Assembly: GCA_964467225.1 (NCBI GenBank)
Contig: CAYXPQ010000002.1
Location: 7,901 to 71,900 of the forward strand
DNA: 64,000 nucleotides
Direction of reading: 5' to 3'
From: an uncultured Candidatus Saccharibacteria bacterium
GTDB taxonomy: Bacteria; Patescibacteriota; Minisyncoccia; Phycocordibacterales; PALSA-1337
Shown here: piece by piece, positions 8,709 to 19,345 of the stretch
Numbering within the stretch: the first letter of the stretch is position 1
Layout of the letters: each line of letters starts with the position of its first letter
Translations under genes and position numbers: made by a program
Notes under the pieces: model-generated
Database searches by the model: none
What the model saw: the letters and a program-made list of their open reading frames with translations, nothing else
Told to the model about the DNA's origin: nothing

Positions 8709-9062
8709 TTAAGCGAAGGCTTCTTTCTCTAATTTAGTAATTCTAAACTTATGATCTTGAAGAATTGGTAGAATTTCTTGTTTTGTTACCATATTGTTAT
8801 TTATTTCAGCAACATTCAAGTTGATTTGAGTAATACTTAACTTAACTCCTGCCAAATCAAGCTTAATCTCAGAAATTTCCTCTCTTACATTACCAAATTC
8901 TTCATATACCTTCTTGAAGCTATTTGCTGTCATCACTGCTAAACCCTCAATCTCTTTTTCAATGTGAACTTCTAATGAATTAAATCTATTATCTACATGA
9001 TCCTTGAAATCTTTAAGATCATTTCTTAGGCTCATAATGTACTTTGGTTCCGTTTCATCCAT
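8709..9062 (-). CDS. Coiled-coil hypothetical protein, paralog of 41108..41617
   Basis: Shared ETxPxYI, LAxxxxNxFxxV and DHKxRIxxLEK..FA segments. Confidence 0.75.
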   Translation of the reverse strand: MDETEPKYIMSLRNDLKDFKDHVDNRFNSLEVHIEKEIEGLAVMTANSFKKVYEEFGNVREEISEIKLDLAGVKLSITQINLNVAEINNNMVTKQEILPILQDHKFRITKLEKEAFA

Positions 9063-9198
9063 ATTTTTTGTTTTTTAAAAATAATAATTTTCACGTAACA
9101 TTTGGGTACGAATGTTAATGTAATTATAAATTATATTATCTCGAATACAAGATAAAATAGCATCAAGAAATGAATTTGATTTGACGTAAATAGATAGA

Positions 9199-10653
9199 TT
9201 ATTTCTTCGGTCTCATTAGCGGAAACATCTGTAATTCTCTTAGAGGCTTGTCTGCAAGAAAGGCAAATAAGCGCTCACCAAAACCAAAACCACAAGTAGG
9301 AGGCATGCCATGCTCTAGCATCTCTACGAACTCTTCATCTGCCATCATAGCTTCTGTATCTCCAGAATCTATTAGTTTTTGTTGATTATCGAATCTTTGT
9401 TTCTGATCTATGGGATCATTTAACTCAGAATATCCTCTACCTTGTTCACTACCAGCGATTATTGGTTGAAACATTTGAACTATACCTTTGTTCTCAACGC
9501 TTTTAGCCAAAGGTGCAACTAAAACAGGATGATTGATGAGGAAAGCTGGGCCAGATATATTCTTTCTACAATATTTCCAAAGCGAATCTGTAAGTCTTTC
9601 TTTATTCTGACCTTCATAATTTACCTTTAAATCTTGCAACTTATTCATCATATCTTCCTCAGTAGCAGTCAAAATATCTATACCTGTTTGTTTTTTTATT
9701 TCTTCAGCATAATCTATCTTTGTCCATTCATCAGCCAAATCAAAAGTGTGACCTCTAGTAGTAAATTTTGTAGTGCCGAATACTTCTTTTGCAATTTTGA
9801 TATACATTTCTCTCACAAGCTCCATACCATCATTGTAATCAGCAAAAGACCAATAGAATTCCATATTTGTAAATTCTTGTGCATGTTCGGGACTTGAACC
9901 TTCATTTCGATATATTCTTCCTATTTCAAATGTCTTAGGGAATCCCGCAGACATAAGTCTCTTCTGCCATAATTCTCCAACTGAAATTCTTAGATAAACA
10001 TCTAGATCATAATCATTATGATGAGTCTTGAATGGAGTTGCCTCGGCTCCCCCTGTAGTAACTTCAAGAGTAGGTGTTTCAACTTCTAGGAATCCATTAT
10101 CCTTTAGGAAATTTCTAGTAACATCCCAGAATTTAGCTTTTTTGATAAATAAATCTCTAAGCTCATCATTCATCAAAATATCCAAATATCTCTTTCGATA
10201 CCTCTCATCATCATCTTTAATACCATGCCATTTCTCTGGTAATGGAAGTATAGATTTTGTAGCTATTGTCCAAGATTTCACCAATAAGCTTTGCTCTCCC
10301 CTCTGTGTATTAAAGAAGGTTCCCGTTACAGAAATAAAATCCCCAATATCAACAGCATCATTAAAAAGATTAAATAACTTCTCTTCTATTTCATCCTTTT
10401 TAAAAACAGCTTGGAATTTAGCTTTGCCATCATATAAAACAATAAATTGAATTGCACCTTGACCTCTTATGGCCATTATTCTTCCAGCAAGTGAGACTTC
10501 TTTATTTTCATTCTCATACTCAGAAAAATTAGCTTTAGCATCAGCCAAACAGAAAGTACGAGGAACCTTGCTTGGATAAGGATTCATTCCATACTTTTTT
10601 AATATTTCTAATTTAGCTAATCTAGTTGATCTTAGCTCTTCTATTGAAGCCAT
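9199..10653 (-). CDS. lysS: Lysine--tRNA ligase (class II)
   Basis: OB fold, YRKRYLD, EIGRIYRNEG, GMPPTCGFGFG. Confidence 0.97.
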   Translation of the reverse strand: MASIEELRSTRLAKLEILKKYGMNPYPSKVPRTFCLADAKANFSEYENENKEVSLAGRIMAIRGQGAIQFIVLYDGKAKFQAVFKKDEIEEKLFNLFNDAVDIGDFISVTGTFFNTQRGEQSLLVKSWTIATKSILPLPEKWHGIKDDDERYRKRYLDILMNDELRDLFIKKAKFWDVTRNFLKDNGFLEVETPTLEVTTGGAEATPFKTHHNDYDLDVYLRISVGELWQKRLMSAGFPKTFEIGRIYRNEGSSPEHAQEFTNMEFYWSFADYNDGMELVREMYIKIAKEVFGTTKFTTRGHTFDLADEWTKIDYAEEIKKQTGIDILTATEEDMMNKLQDLKVNYEGQNKERLTDSLWKYCRKNISGPAFLINHPVLVAPLAKSVENKGIVQMFQPIIAGSEQGRGYSELNDPIDQKQRFDNQQKLIDSGDTEAMMADEEFVEMLEHGMPPTCGFGFGERLFAFLADKPLRELQMFPLMRPKK

Positions 10654-10673
10654 ATACTAATATGATAGCACAA

Positions 10674-11138
10674 TTACTCTACGGATATAAGTTTGTAATT
10701 AATCTTACCTTTTGGAGTATTAACTGCGATAGTATCACCTTTTTTTCTACCAATAAGAGATGAGCCAAGGGGTGAAATATTTGATATCTTGCCTGTAGTC
10801 ATATCTGACTCTTCTGAACCAACAATTGTATAAATTCTTGTATCTTTCTCTCCTTCCTTTTGTATTCCAACTTTTGAACCAATATTTACCAATTCACCAC
10901 CTTGTCCTGCAACTATTACTGCGCTCTTTATTAAGTTCTCTAAATGATTTATTCTATCTTCAACTTCAGCCTGGGCTTGTCTAGCCTCATGGTATTCTGC
11001 ATTCTCAGAAAGGTCTCCTAACTTCTTGGCATATTCTAGACTTTCAGCGACTTGTTTTCTCTTTTCGGTTTTTAAAAAATCTAATTCTTCTTTAAATTCA
11101 GACATCTTCTCGCTTGTTAGATATTTTACATCACTCAT
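10674..11138 (-). CDS. greA: Transcription elongation factor GreA
   Basis: GDLSENAEY, ISNISPLG. Confidence 0.97.
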   Translation of the reverse strand: MSDVKYLTSEKMSEFKEELDFLKTEKRKQVAESLEYAKKLGDLSENAEYHEARQAQAEVEDRINHLENLIKSAVIVAGQGGELVNIGSKVGIQKEGEKDTRIYTIVGSEESDMTTGKISNISPLGSSLIGRKKGDTIAVNTPKGKINYKLISVE

Positions 11139-11233
11139 GCTTTTATGTTGATTGATTTAATTATAAGGATTATATAATACCTTAAATAACATCAATAGTA
11201 AAGAAATATTGAAAGATCGAATTTAGTAAACTA

Positions 11234-12916
11234 CTATCTAAAATATTCAGGAGTGTTTACATTCATCCAATCCAATAACTCCCGCATTGCAGATCCAGCT
11301 CCAATGAGATTATGGACTGAACCTTTTTCTAAAAGAATAGCAAAGACATACTTGGGATTATCATATGGGAAATAGCCAGTCATCCATGAATTCACTTTTT
11401 CTTTTGTTATACCTAGTTCTGCAGTACCAGATTTTGTGGCAATTTTGACATATGGTAGATTTAATGATTGTCCCGTACCTTCTGTTACACCCATTCTCAT
11501 TCCCTCCTTTACAATTGCAAAATGCTCACTTGAAATATCAGCATAGCCATATATTGGACCAGGTACTCCTTTCACAATACTTGGATCTCTAATTAAACCA
11601 TTATTCACCACACCAGATAATGCCCTGACAACCTGTATTGGTGAAACTTGAAAACCATATTGACCTATTGAAGTATGGTATGTATTACCTAGAGTCCATG
11701 CTTCTCCCTTAAACTGGATCTTTTTCCATTCTGGAGACGGAATAACACCAGATAATCCAGTAAAGAAAGAATTTTCAATCTTACTTCCAAAACCAAACAT
11801 TTGCATATATTTATCAATTCTTGAGATTCCTAACCCCTTTTGGTCTTTATAGCCTCCACCAATTGCGTAGAAATAAACATCGGAGGAAACAGCTAATGCT
11901 TTTCTCATATCAGTATATCCATGTGCTTTCCAATCTCTAAAGATTGTTTTAAGATCTGGATAATATTGATTTTGAATTGAAATGGAACCTGTACTCAGTA
12001 TCTGTTTTTTAGGATCAATTATCTTTTCATTTAAAGCTGCCAAAGCCATAAAGGGTTTGGTAATAGATCCAGGAGTATATAAGCCATCCACAGCCCTATC
12101 TAGAAATGGCTTATCTTTACTGGTAAGATATTCTCTAACTTTTTTTACATCAGTTTTAGATGACATAATCTCTGAATCATACTCTGGATAACTTGTCATG
12201 GATATCACTTCACCAGTCCTAATATCCATCATTACACCAGCACCTCCTTCAAATCCTACTTTCTCTGAAATATCTTTCAGAGCCTTATACATTTCGGTTT
12301 GAATTCTCGAATCAATGGATAAATAAATATTCTGTCCTTCAACCGGTGGTAGTATAGTATTTTCTGATTGAACTTTACCTCTTGCATCAACCTCTATTAG
12401 TCTAGTTCCATTTTTGCCTTGCAATTCTTTGTTGAAATATTTCTCAACACCATCTACTCCCTCAAAGTCTTCTCTATAATAAAATCCAGCACTATCTTTA
12501 GATGGATATTGCACATAACCAACAACATGTGCTAATCCTAAATCTCCTTTATATCTTCTATTGGCAATTTCTGAATCCTCACTTGGTGAATTCCACGCCA
12601 GTTCTACTCCATTCCTATCATATATAACTCCTCTAGCAGCAAAGATTGGTATATGTCTTAATCTATTGTTTTCACTTCTATTTTTGTAAAGTTGACCGTT
12701 AGCTATTTGAAGATTCCAAATTTTAGTACCATAAACAATAAGAATAGCGACAAAAAAAGAGAATAGGATAACTAATGATAGTTTTGATATTGGCTTATCG
12801 AGCCGGCCCTCAAATTGTTGAATATCAAATTGTGGTAGATTCTGAGAGTCCAAAAATATTTCATCTGGATCAATTTCGTTATTAACTTTTTTTCTGGATT
12901 TAAGATTCATATACAA
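11234..12916 (-). CDS. mrdA: Penicillin-binding protein 2
   Basis: GSITK, SSD and KSG motifs; in the mre operon. Confidence 0.88.
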   Translation of the reverse strand: MYMNLKSRKKVNNEIDPDEIFLDSQNLPQFDIQQFEGRLDKPISKLSLVILFSFFVAILIVYGTKIWNLQIANGQLYKNRSENNRLRHIPIFAARGVIYDRNGVELAWNSPSEDSEIANRRYKGDLGLAHVVGYVQYPSKDSAGFYYREDFEGVDGVEKYFNKELQGKNGTRLIEVDARGKVQSENTILPPVEGQNIYLSIDSRIQTEMYKALKDISEKVGFEGGAGVMMDIRTGEVISMTSYPEYDSEIMSSKTDVKKVREYLTSKDKPFLDRAVDGLYTPGSITKPFMALAALNEKIIDPKKQILSTGSISIQNQYYPDLKTIFRDWKAHGYTDMRKALAVSSDVYFYAIGGGYKDQKGLGISRIDKYMQMFGFGSKIENSFFTGLSGVIPSPEWKKIQFKGEAWTLGNTYHTSIGQYGFQVSPIQVVRALSGVVNNGLIRDPSIVKGVPGPIYGYADISSEHFAIVKEGMRMGVTEGTGQSLNLPYVKIATKSGTAELGITKEKVNSWMTGYFPYDNPKYVFAILLEKGSVHNLIGAGSAMRELLDWMNVNTPEYFR

Positions 12917-13163
12917 TTAAAAGCCTTTTTATAAATAAAGAAAAAATAAATATCAAAATAGAGAATATAGTAAAAATATATTTTATATTCCAAAATTCTG
13001 GTATCTGTAAACCATATAAAGAATCATATATTATACCCCAAACTATTATTTCATAATATACAGGGAAATAAAAAAGAAATAAAATTGCCATAATCCAAGT
13101 TAGCCACCAATAGCCAAATAGTATTGAGATGAATATTAGCAAGCCAAGTATAATTCTAATCAT
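12900..13163 (-). CDS. Small membrane protein in the MreD position
   Basis: 87 aa, highly hydrophobic, between mreC and mrdA. Confidence 0.65.
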   Translation of the reverse strand: MIRIILGLLIFISILFGYWWLTWIMAILFLFYFPVYYEIIVWGIIYDSLYGLQIPEFWNIKYIFTIFSILIFIFSLFIKRLLIVYES

Positions 13164-13172
13164 ATTGTATTT

Positions 13173-13910
13173 CTATTTCTCTAATGATACTAAAACCCAC
13201 TTCTGTTCATATATATTTATCGGCTGATAAAACATAACAGTTGAGAAAGCTCTAGCGGGGTCAATTATAATCTTCTCAACTCTACCAAAAACTGAATTAG
13301 TAATATCAGGAACAAGTATAGAGTCACCTTCGGTAACCCTTACATCGCGTGGCACTATCGATATATAAGTTCCTCCACCATTTCCTGTAGCAACTGCTTC
13401 TACATTATTCTCACCGATCAAGATATCGAATTTATTTCCATATGAAGAATACAAACTAACTTTAGAAGAAGTATTGTTCACCTCAGCAACTGTACCAATT
13501 AGTATATTACCAGAAGCATAAACTTTATCACCTATTTTCACCCCATTTTTATATCCAACATCAATAATATATGAATCATAGGCAGTGAATGGAGGTTTTT
13601 TTAGGACATATGCAAGTAGTACATCTGTATTTTCTTTTCTATTCAAAATATTCTTTAATTCTATATTTTCCTTCTTTAATTCTGCAATAATAGCATTTTG
13701 AGTCTCTGGCAGAAGAGTCGAAATACTCACTGAATTGTCCTTATTTACAGACCATAGAGGCTGCGCAATTATCATTAATATATTAGAAACTAAATTCGGA
13801 GATATAAAATACAATATAATTGAAATAACAATTACAATAATAACTACTCTGGATGGCATATTTATTCTATTTCTTTTTATACTACTTTTGAGTTCGTAAT
13901 TCATCCTCAT
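13173..13910 (-). CDS. mreC: Rod shape-determining protein MreC
   Basis: TM, LKKENIELK coiled coil, IIDVGYKNGVKIGD. Confidence 0.9.
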   Translation of the reverse strand: MRMNYELKSSIKRNRINMPSRVVIIVIVISIILYFISPNLVSNILMIIAQPLWSVNKDNSVSISTLLPETQNAIIAELKKENIELKNILNRKENTDVLLAYVLKKPPFTAYDSYIIDVGYKNGVKIGDKVYASGNILIGTVAEVNNTSSKVSLYSSYGNKFDILIGENNVEAVATGNGGGTYISIVPRDVRVTEGDSILVPDITNSVFGRVEKIIIDPARAFSTVMFYQPINIYEQKWVLVSLEK

Positions 13911-14940
13911 TTTGAATTAATACATCATTAAATTTCTCTAAGTCCTCAAGGATCATTCCTGTACCACGTGCAATAGCAGTTAACGGATCCTCTGCTATAT
14001 ATACCGGCATCTTAAGAGTTTCTGACAGGAGAATATCAAGTCCTTTAATCAAAGCCCCTCCACCAACAAGATGTATACCTCTATTCATCACATCAGCTAA
14101 TATCTCTGGTGGAGTTGTTTCAAGCACTTCTTTTGCAGAACTTAATAGACTATCAATCGATGATGACATTGCTTCTCTAATATCAGAATCAGTAATAACA
14201 ACCTCTCTAGGTAATCCCGTAATAAGATCCCTACCTCGTATAGTTGTTTCTAATGACTCACCCTGTATTACTGCACCTACTGACATTTTAATATATTCTG
14301 CTGTCTTTTCACCAATAAGAATTTTAAATTCACTTCTTATATATGAAATAATATCATTGTTAAATTTATCACCTGCTATTTTTAGATTTTTAGACCTTAC
14401 AATACCACCTAGAGAAATAATTGCTATATCAGTTGTACCGCCACCAATATCAATAATCATACTTCCAACAGGTTCATGGATCGGAAGTCTTATACCAATA
14501 GCTCCTGCCATTGGTTCTTCTACGATATAAACCTCTCTGGCACCAGCATTTCTTGTAGCATCTCTAACTGCTCTTATTTCTACATTTGTAACGCCAGAAG
14601 GCACACCCACGACAACTCTAGGTCCAAGTAATTTCTTGGAATACATCTCTGCCTTTTTAACCAAATATGCAATCATCTCTTCTGTAACCTCAAAATCAGA
14701 AATAACACCATCAACAAGTGGTCTAAGAGCAACAATATGAGTTGGGGTTCTACCTAACATATTTTTAGCTTCAGTGCCTACCGCCACCACTCTTCCGGTC
14801 TTTTGGTTTACTGCTACTACAGATGGTTCGTTTACAACAATGCCATGACCACGAAGATACACCAAGGTATTCGCTGTACCGAGATCGATTCCAATATCAT
14901 TGGATAAGTATTTATAGATTTTTTCTTTGAATTCTTTCAT
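13882..14940 (-). CDS. mreB: Rod shape-determining protein MreB
   Basis: IGIDLGTANT, EEPMAGAIG, DIGGGTTD. Confidence 0.97.
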   Translation of the reverse strand: MKEFKEKIYKYLSNDIGIDLGTANTLVYLRGHGIVVNEPSVVAVNQKTGRVVAVGTEAKNMLGRTPTHIVALRPLVDGVISDFEVTEEMIAYLVKKAEMYSKKLLGPRVVVGVPSGVTNVEIRAVRDATRNAGAREVYIVEEPMAGAIGIRLPIHEPVGSMIIDIGGGTTDIAIISLGGIVRSKNLKIAGDKFNNDIISYIRSEFKILIGEKTAEYIKMSVGAVIQGESLETTIRGRDLITGLPREVVITDSDIREAMSSSIDSLLSSAKEVLETTPPEILADVMNRGIHLVGGGALIKGLDILLSETLKMPVYIAEDPLTAIARGTGMILEDLEKFNDVLIQNEDELRTQK

Positions 14941-16162
14941 ATAGTTTCGGTATTTCTATCATTTCAATTTTGCCAGTAGATCTCTCCTTCAGTTCAACTG
15001 AATTTGATTTTAGAGTCTTATCACTAATAACTATTCTAAATGGAATTCCAATCAAATCACTATCAGCAAATTTCTCTCCCGCCCTTACATCTCTATCATC
15101 ATACAAAACTTCAATTCCATTATCCTTGAGGTCATTGTAAATTTTTTCTGCTTTATCTGCAATGTCTCCTATTGAAATCAAATGACAATCAAATGGAGCA
15201 ATGCTTCTTGGCCATACCAAACCATCTTTATCGGATAATACTTCTGCCACAGTTCCCATAACTCTTCCTGGACCGATACCATAACTACCCATTATCACCG
15301 TCTTCTTATTACCGTCCTTATCAATATAATTAAGTTCAAAAGGATCAGAGTACTTAGTTCCCAAATTAAATATATTTCCAACCTCAACTGCTTTCTTTTC
15401 AATTAATTTATTTCTATCCACTCCTAATTCTTTAAGAATATCATCTTGCATTACCTCTTTGTTAATAGCTATTTTTTTGTCTTCATCGATAAAAATTATG
15501 TCTTCACCTGCATCAGTTATAGTTTGAAACTCGTGAGAGAATTTAGAAAAAGTACCTCCATTTGAAAAAGTCATGTATGTCTTATTTCCTAGTCCAACTC
15601 TTTCAAATATATTCATATATGCTTTTTGAGATTTCTTGTAGAATTCATCATGAGAAGCTTGATCAAGTGAGAATGAGTATAAATCTTTCATTATAAATTC
15701 TCTACATCTCATTATTCCACTTTTTGCTCTTGTTTCATTTCTAAATTTAGTTTGGAATTGATAGACATATCTTGGTAGATCTCTGTATGAAGCTATATAG
15801 TCTTTCATCAATGGACTGACCTGTTCTTCATGCGTAGATCCAAGTCCTAGTTCAGTGCCATTTTTTAATTGAGTCTTAAACCAAACATCTAGAATATTAT
15901 CATCCCAACGATTAGTCTTCTCCCAATTACTCTTATCTTGTAATGTGGTCATACTAATCTCTTGTCCTCCTATAGCATTCATCTCCTCCCGAATAATATT
16001 TATAATATTATTTATTACTCTTAGTCCCAAAGGCAAATATGAATACACACCAGACATCTCTTTGTGAATAAATCCAGCACGAATTAGTAATTGTGCATTC
16101 TTTGATACTTCATCCTTTGGTGCATCCTTGCGAGTCTTTGTAAAAAGTAATGATTGCTTCAT
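14912..16162 (-). CDS. proS: Proline--tRNA ligase (short form without insertion domain)
   Basis: QLLIRAGFI, THEE, QTKFRNE, REFIMKD, EVGNIF. Confidence 0.95.
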   Translation of the reverse strand: MKQSLLFTKTRKDAPKDEVSKNAQLLIRAGFIHKEMSGVYSYLPLGLRVINNIINIIREEMNAIGGQEISMTTLQDKSNWEKTNRWDDNILDVWFKTQLKNGTELGLGSTHEEQVSPLMKDYIASYRDLPRYVYQFQTKFRNETRAKSGIMRCREFIMKDLYSFSLDQASHDEFYKKSQKAYMNIFERVGLGNKTYMTFSNGGTFSKFSHEFQTITDAGEDIIFIDEDKKIAINKEVMQDDILKELGVDRNKLIEKKAVEVGNIFNLGTKYSDPFELNYIDKDGNKKTVIMGSYGIGPGRVMGTVAEVLSDKDGLVWPRSIAPFDCHLISIGDIADKAEKIYNDLKDNGIEVLYDDRDVRAGEKFADSDLIGIPFRIVISDKTLKSNSVELKERSTGKIEMIEIPKLYERIQRKNL

Positions 16163-16239
16163 ATAATCCTAATAATACTAGAAAATAAAGAAAAAGCCAC
16201 TCTTTACGAATGACTTTTCCTTTGACCTATCTATATTAT

Positions 16240-16440
16240 TTATACTTTTGAAACACCTGTAGCTGCCGGACCCTTTGGTCCATCAACTATCTCAAAGCTA
16301 ACAGTATCCCCTTCCTTCAATTCGTCAAAAGTTACTCCCTTTAACTCCTTTGAATGGAAAAAAAGATCCTTTGCCTCACCTTCTCGAGAAATGAAACCGA
16401 ATCCCTTTTCTCGCAATATTGTCTTTATTGTTCCTGTCAT
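16240..16440 (-). CDS. Cold-shock domain protein
   Basis: KGFGFI (RNP1), DLFFH (RNP2), GPKGPAA. Confidence 0.95.
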   Translation of the reverse strand: MTGTIKTILREKGFGFISREGEAKDLFFHSKELKGVTFDELKEGDTVSFEIVDGPKGPAATGVSKV

Positions 16441-16631
16441 GTGATTTTTTATTTAATTAATATGTTCACGCCTAGAAACTCGACTCGGTTTCTTGTTCAA
16501 AACCTCATTAATTATATCCAATTAAGAAAAATACGCAATAACTCCAATATTATTTTAAATATACCCCTCAATTTGTCTAGTAAATATTTTAATGATATAA
16601 ATAAATGCAGAAATTTTGAAATTGAGATGTT

Positions 16632-17003
16632 ATGAAAATCATAATTAATACTCGGGAATTGGAGACTGCATGTGGTGTTCTGACAGAACAAGGAAGAATT
16701 CTGTCTAGCTTCATTGATGAGATCGCATGCATACTAAGTAATTGTTTTGCCAGTGAGGATTATATTGATCTACCTGATGGATTAAGATTCCAAAATCAAC
16801 CACCAAACAATTACAAATTAACATGTGATGCTGATAATATATGCATCACTAAGAACAGAAAGACTCTTAGAGAATTAAGGTACTTCTGTAGACTACTTCA
16901 TGATCGCTGGCTGGATAGACTTGTTGGACAAATAGATTCATCAGCGAGCGAGCTTAAGATTCCAATGAATTTGGATAAAATCCCAGAAAGCTTTGCCGAC
17001 TAG
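16632..17003 (+). CDS. Orphan hypothetical protein
   Basis: 123-aa ORF in an intergenic gap, followed by terminator AGACCC-CAAAA-GGGTCT-TTGTTTT (~17033-17056). Confidence 0.65.
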   Translation: MKIIINTRELETACGVLTEQGRILSSFIDEIACILSNCFASEDYIDLPDGLRFQNQPPNNYKLTCDADNICITKNRKTLRELRYFCRLLHDRWLDRLVGQIDSSASELKIPMNLDKIPESFAD

Positions 17004-17054
17004 ATCATGATTTCACTCATGAATCACACATAAGACCCCAAAAGGGTCTTTGTT

Positions 17055-17927
17055 TTATTTCACAAACACCTCCCCTTTGAAATTATCTGACTTTCTAAAT
17101 GCACCATCTCTATACAAAATCAGATACTCAAAATCATAATCACCTTTTAATTTTTCTGGCTCAACAAAGAATAGACAAGTAGCCATCATATCGGAAACAA
17201 TAGTTTTCTTACTCATTACCCATGTTGCAATTATATTTGTTGGTGATGATAAAGTTCTGGGATTAATAATATGAGTGAAATTCTGCCATGCTCTTCTATT
17301 CCCTGCAGAACCACAAATACTGGATGATGAGTATAATTCACAGACACCTATCACTTCTTCTAAATTATTAGGACTTTCTAAACCTATTCTTATAAAATTC
17401 CCACCATTATAATAAATATCACCTCCAGCATCTATACAATAACTTGTATACCCCTTTTCTTCCAATAATTTAGAAATTATATCTACTAAATATCCCTTGC
17501 CTGCTGCTCCAAAATCAAGTAATACTGGCTTTTTGATTTTTAGTTTGGGTAATTTAAATTCAACAGTATCTTCCCAAGTAGGAGGCATAACTAATTCTCT
17601 CTTTCGTTGCAAGGTATATTGCGCATCATAACCTGCATCAGAGATTAGATTCCCGATAAGAGGGGTGACAAGTCCATTTGTCTTCAAATATATATCATAA
17701 TAAATTTCAAACAGATCCTTTGAATCTTCTGGCATATCATACTCACCTTCTTTTTGAGACATTAAAGTCACAAGTGAATCTGACCTGAATCTAGAATAGT
17801 GTTTATCAAATATATCGATGCGCTCTTTAATATTAGAAAAAAGCAAATCCTCATCAGATTTACTTAATTCTATATATATATCTATTTGCCAACCAGTACC
17901 AATAGCATCAAAGTTAAATTGTGCCAT
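17055..17927 (-). CDS. apbE: FAD:protein FMN transferase
   Basis: AIGT, YSRFRSDS, LDFGAAGKGY, DAGGD, HIINPRT. Confidence 0.92.
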   Translation of the reverse strand: MAQFNFDAIGTGWQIDIYIELSKSDEDLLFSNIKERIDIFDKHYSRFRSDSLVTLMSQKEGEYDMPEDSKDLFEIYYDIYLKTNGLVTPLIGNLISDAGYDAQYTLQRKRELVMPPTWEDTVEFKLPKLKIKKPVLLDFGAAGKGYLVDIISKLLEEKGYTSYCIDAGGDIYYNGGNFIRIGLESPNNLEEVIGVCELYSSSSICGSAGNRRAWQNFTHIINPRTLSSPTNIIATWVMSKKTIVSDMMATCLFFVEPEKLKGDYDFEYLILYRDGAFRKSDNFKGEVFVK

Positions 17928-17939
17928 TGAAGTAGTTAA

Positions 17940-18395
17940 TTATATTTTTGCTTGTTGTTTAATCTTAGAGATTGCATCATTAAATCCTATTGAAGTTAAT
18001 GATGAACCAGAAACTTTATCCAACCTTACTGAAGTGATAGATTTGCCAACTACCAGAGACTTATAATTATCTGTAAATTCTTTCATAAACTTCTTTGACA
18101 CGTCATCACCTGGCTTAGCGATAGCAGTTGTATCTGTAATAATATTATCCTTAAGCGTAACTGTCACATCGATATCATCCTTACCTCCTGGAGACATATA
18201 TGATCCTGTAGCACTATATATACCATCTTTGTAATTAGTATTAATACTGGTATCTTCTAGAGTTATTGTAGGTTGTTGTTGAGCAACAATATCATCATCA
18301 TCTTTACCAGCGAACACCGCCACAACTACAACTAAAACAACTATTAACAAACCGAAGATTAAACCTGTCTTTTTTGAATTATTTTGTGGTTCCAT
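17940..18395 (-). CDS. Membrane-anchored FMN-binding (flavinylation substrate) protein
   Basis: YKDGIYSATG, VTVTLKDNII, DKVSGSSLTS flavinylation-type motif; next to apbE. Confidence 0.85.
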   Translation of the reverse strand: MEPQNNSKKTGLIFGLLIVVLVVVVAVFAGKDDDDIVAQQQPTITLEDTSINTNYKDGIYSATGSYMSPGGKDDIDVTVTLKDNIITDTTAIAKPGDDVSKKFMKEFTDNYKSLVVGKSITSVRLDKVSGSSLTSIGFNDAISKIKQQAKI

Positions 18396-18396
18396 T

Positions 18397-18807
18397 TTAA
18401 ATTATTTTTTTATTTTCAAAAGAAAGTATATCAGAACCATTCATAAATACAACAAACAATGCTACAGCTAATCCAACATCTCTGATAGCAGTCTCGCTAT
18501 AGCCAAGACTAATTGCAATTTCTATTAAATGTAGTGATAGAAGTAATGCCGATAATCTAACCTTCCAACCAATTATCAACATCAATGTAAAGATTAACTC
18601 AAAAGTAGCATTCAAATACACCAAAGTAGTTGCACTTAGGCCGGTCATTTGTACAGCAAAATTAGGTACATAGGCAGTCCAAAATCCAGTATTTCTGAAT
18701 TGTTCAATACTAAACCAAAGAACAATCGCGCCCATACCTAGTCTTAATACACTTGATCCATATTTCTCAAGATTTAATATAATATTTTGCATATATACAT
18801 TATACAC
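18397..18807 (-). CDS. DoxX-family membrane protein
   Basis: LRLGMG..., FEL..L.L..G..VR, RDVGL. Confidence 0.8.
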   Translation of the reverse strand: MYNVYMQNIILNLEKYGSSVLRLGMGAIVLWFSIEQFRNTGFWTAYVPNFAVQMTGLSATTLVYLNATFELIFTLMLIIGWKVRLSALLLSLHLIEIAISLGYSETAIRDVGLAVALFVVFMNGSDILSFENKKII

Positions 18808-18826
18808 TATTAGTTTTATAATATTA

Positions 18827-19345
18827 ATGATGAAGTTTCTAAAATTACTATTAGTATTATTGATTTCTTCATACTTTATTTATTATATTAACAGCTATAC
18901 AGAATGGCATTTTCTAGATTATGTTAATTTAATATTTCACGAATCTGGACATACTATATTCTTTTTCTTTGGCGACTTCTTTAGAATATTAGCTGGAAGC
19001 TGGTTCCAAATGTTATTACCCTTAATAATTACTTTATATTTTTTCTGGAACCAACAGTTCGTATCTGGATCAATATGTCTTATGTGGTTCGGGCAAAACA
19101 TTATAAATGTTTCAATCTATATTAAAGATGCAATAGTAATGCAATTACCATTATTAGGTGGAGATTCTGTAATTCATGATTGGAACTACATATTAAATAA
19201 ATTGGGTCTATTACATTTATCACCAAATATCGCCTCAATTTTCTATTATTGTGGAATAATATTTATTATGATTGGTATTCTTTCTGCTGTATATTTTACA
19301 ATGAAAAATTATGAGAAAGAATCAAGCATGCAAACCTATCTGTAA
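18827..19345 (+). CDS. Membrane protein with HExGH motif (M50-like metallopeptidase)
   Basis: LIFHESGH, YIKDA, HDWNYIL, several TM helices. Confidence 0.75.
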   Translation: MMKFLKLLLVLLISSYFIYYINSYTEWHFLDYVNLIFHESGHTIFFFFGDFFRILAGSWFQMLLPLIITLYFFWNQQFVSGSICLMWFGQNIINVSIYIKDAIVMQLPLLGGDSVIHDWNYILNKLGLLHLSPNIASIFYYCGIIFIMIGILSAVYFTMKNYEKESSMQTYL

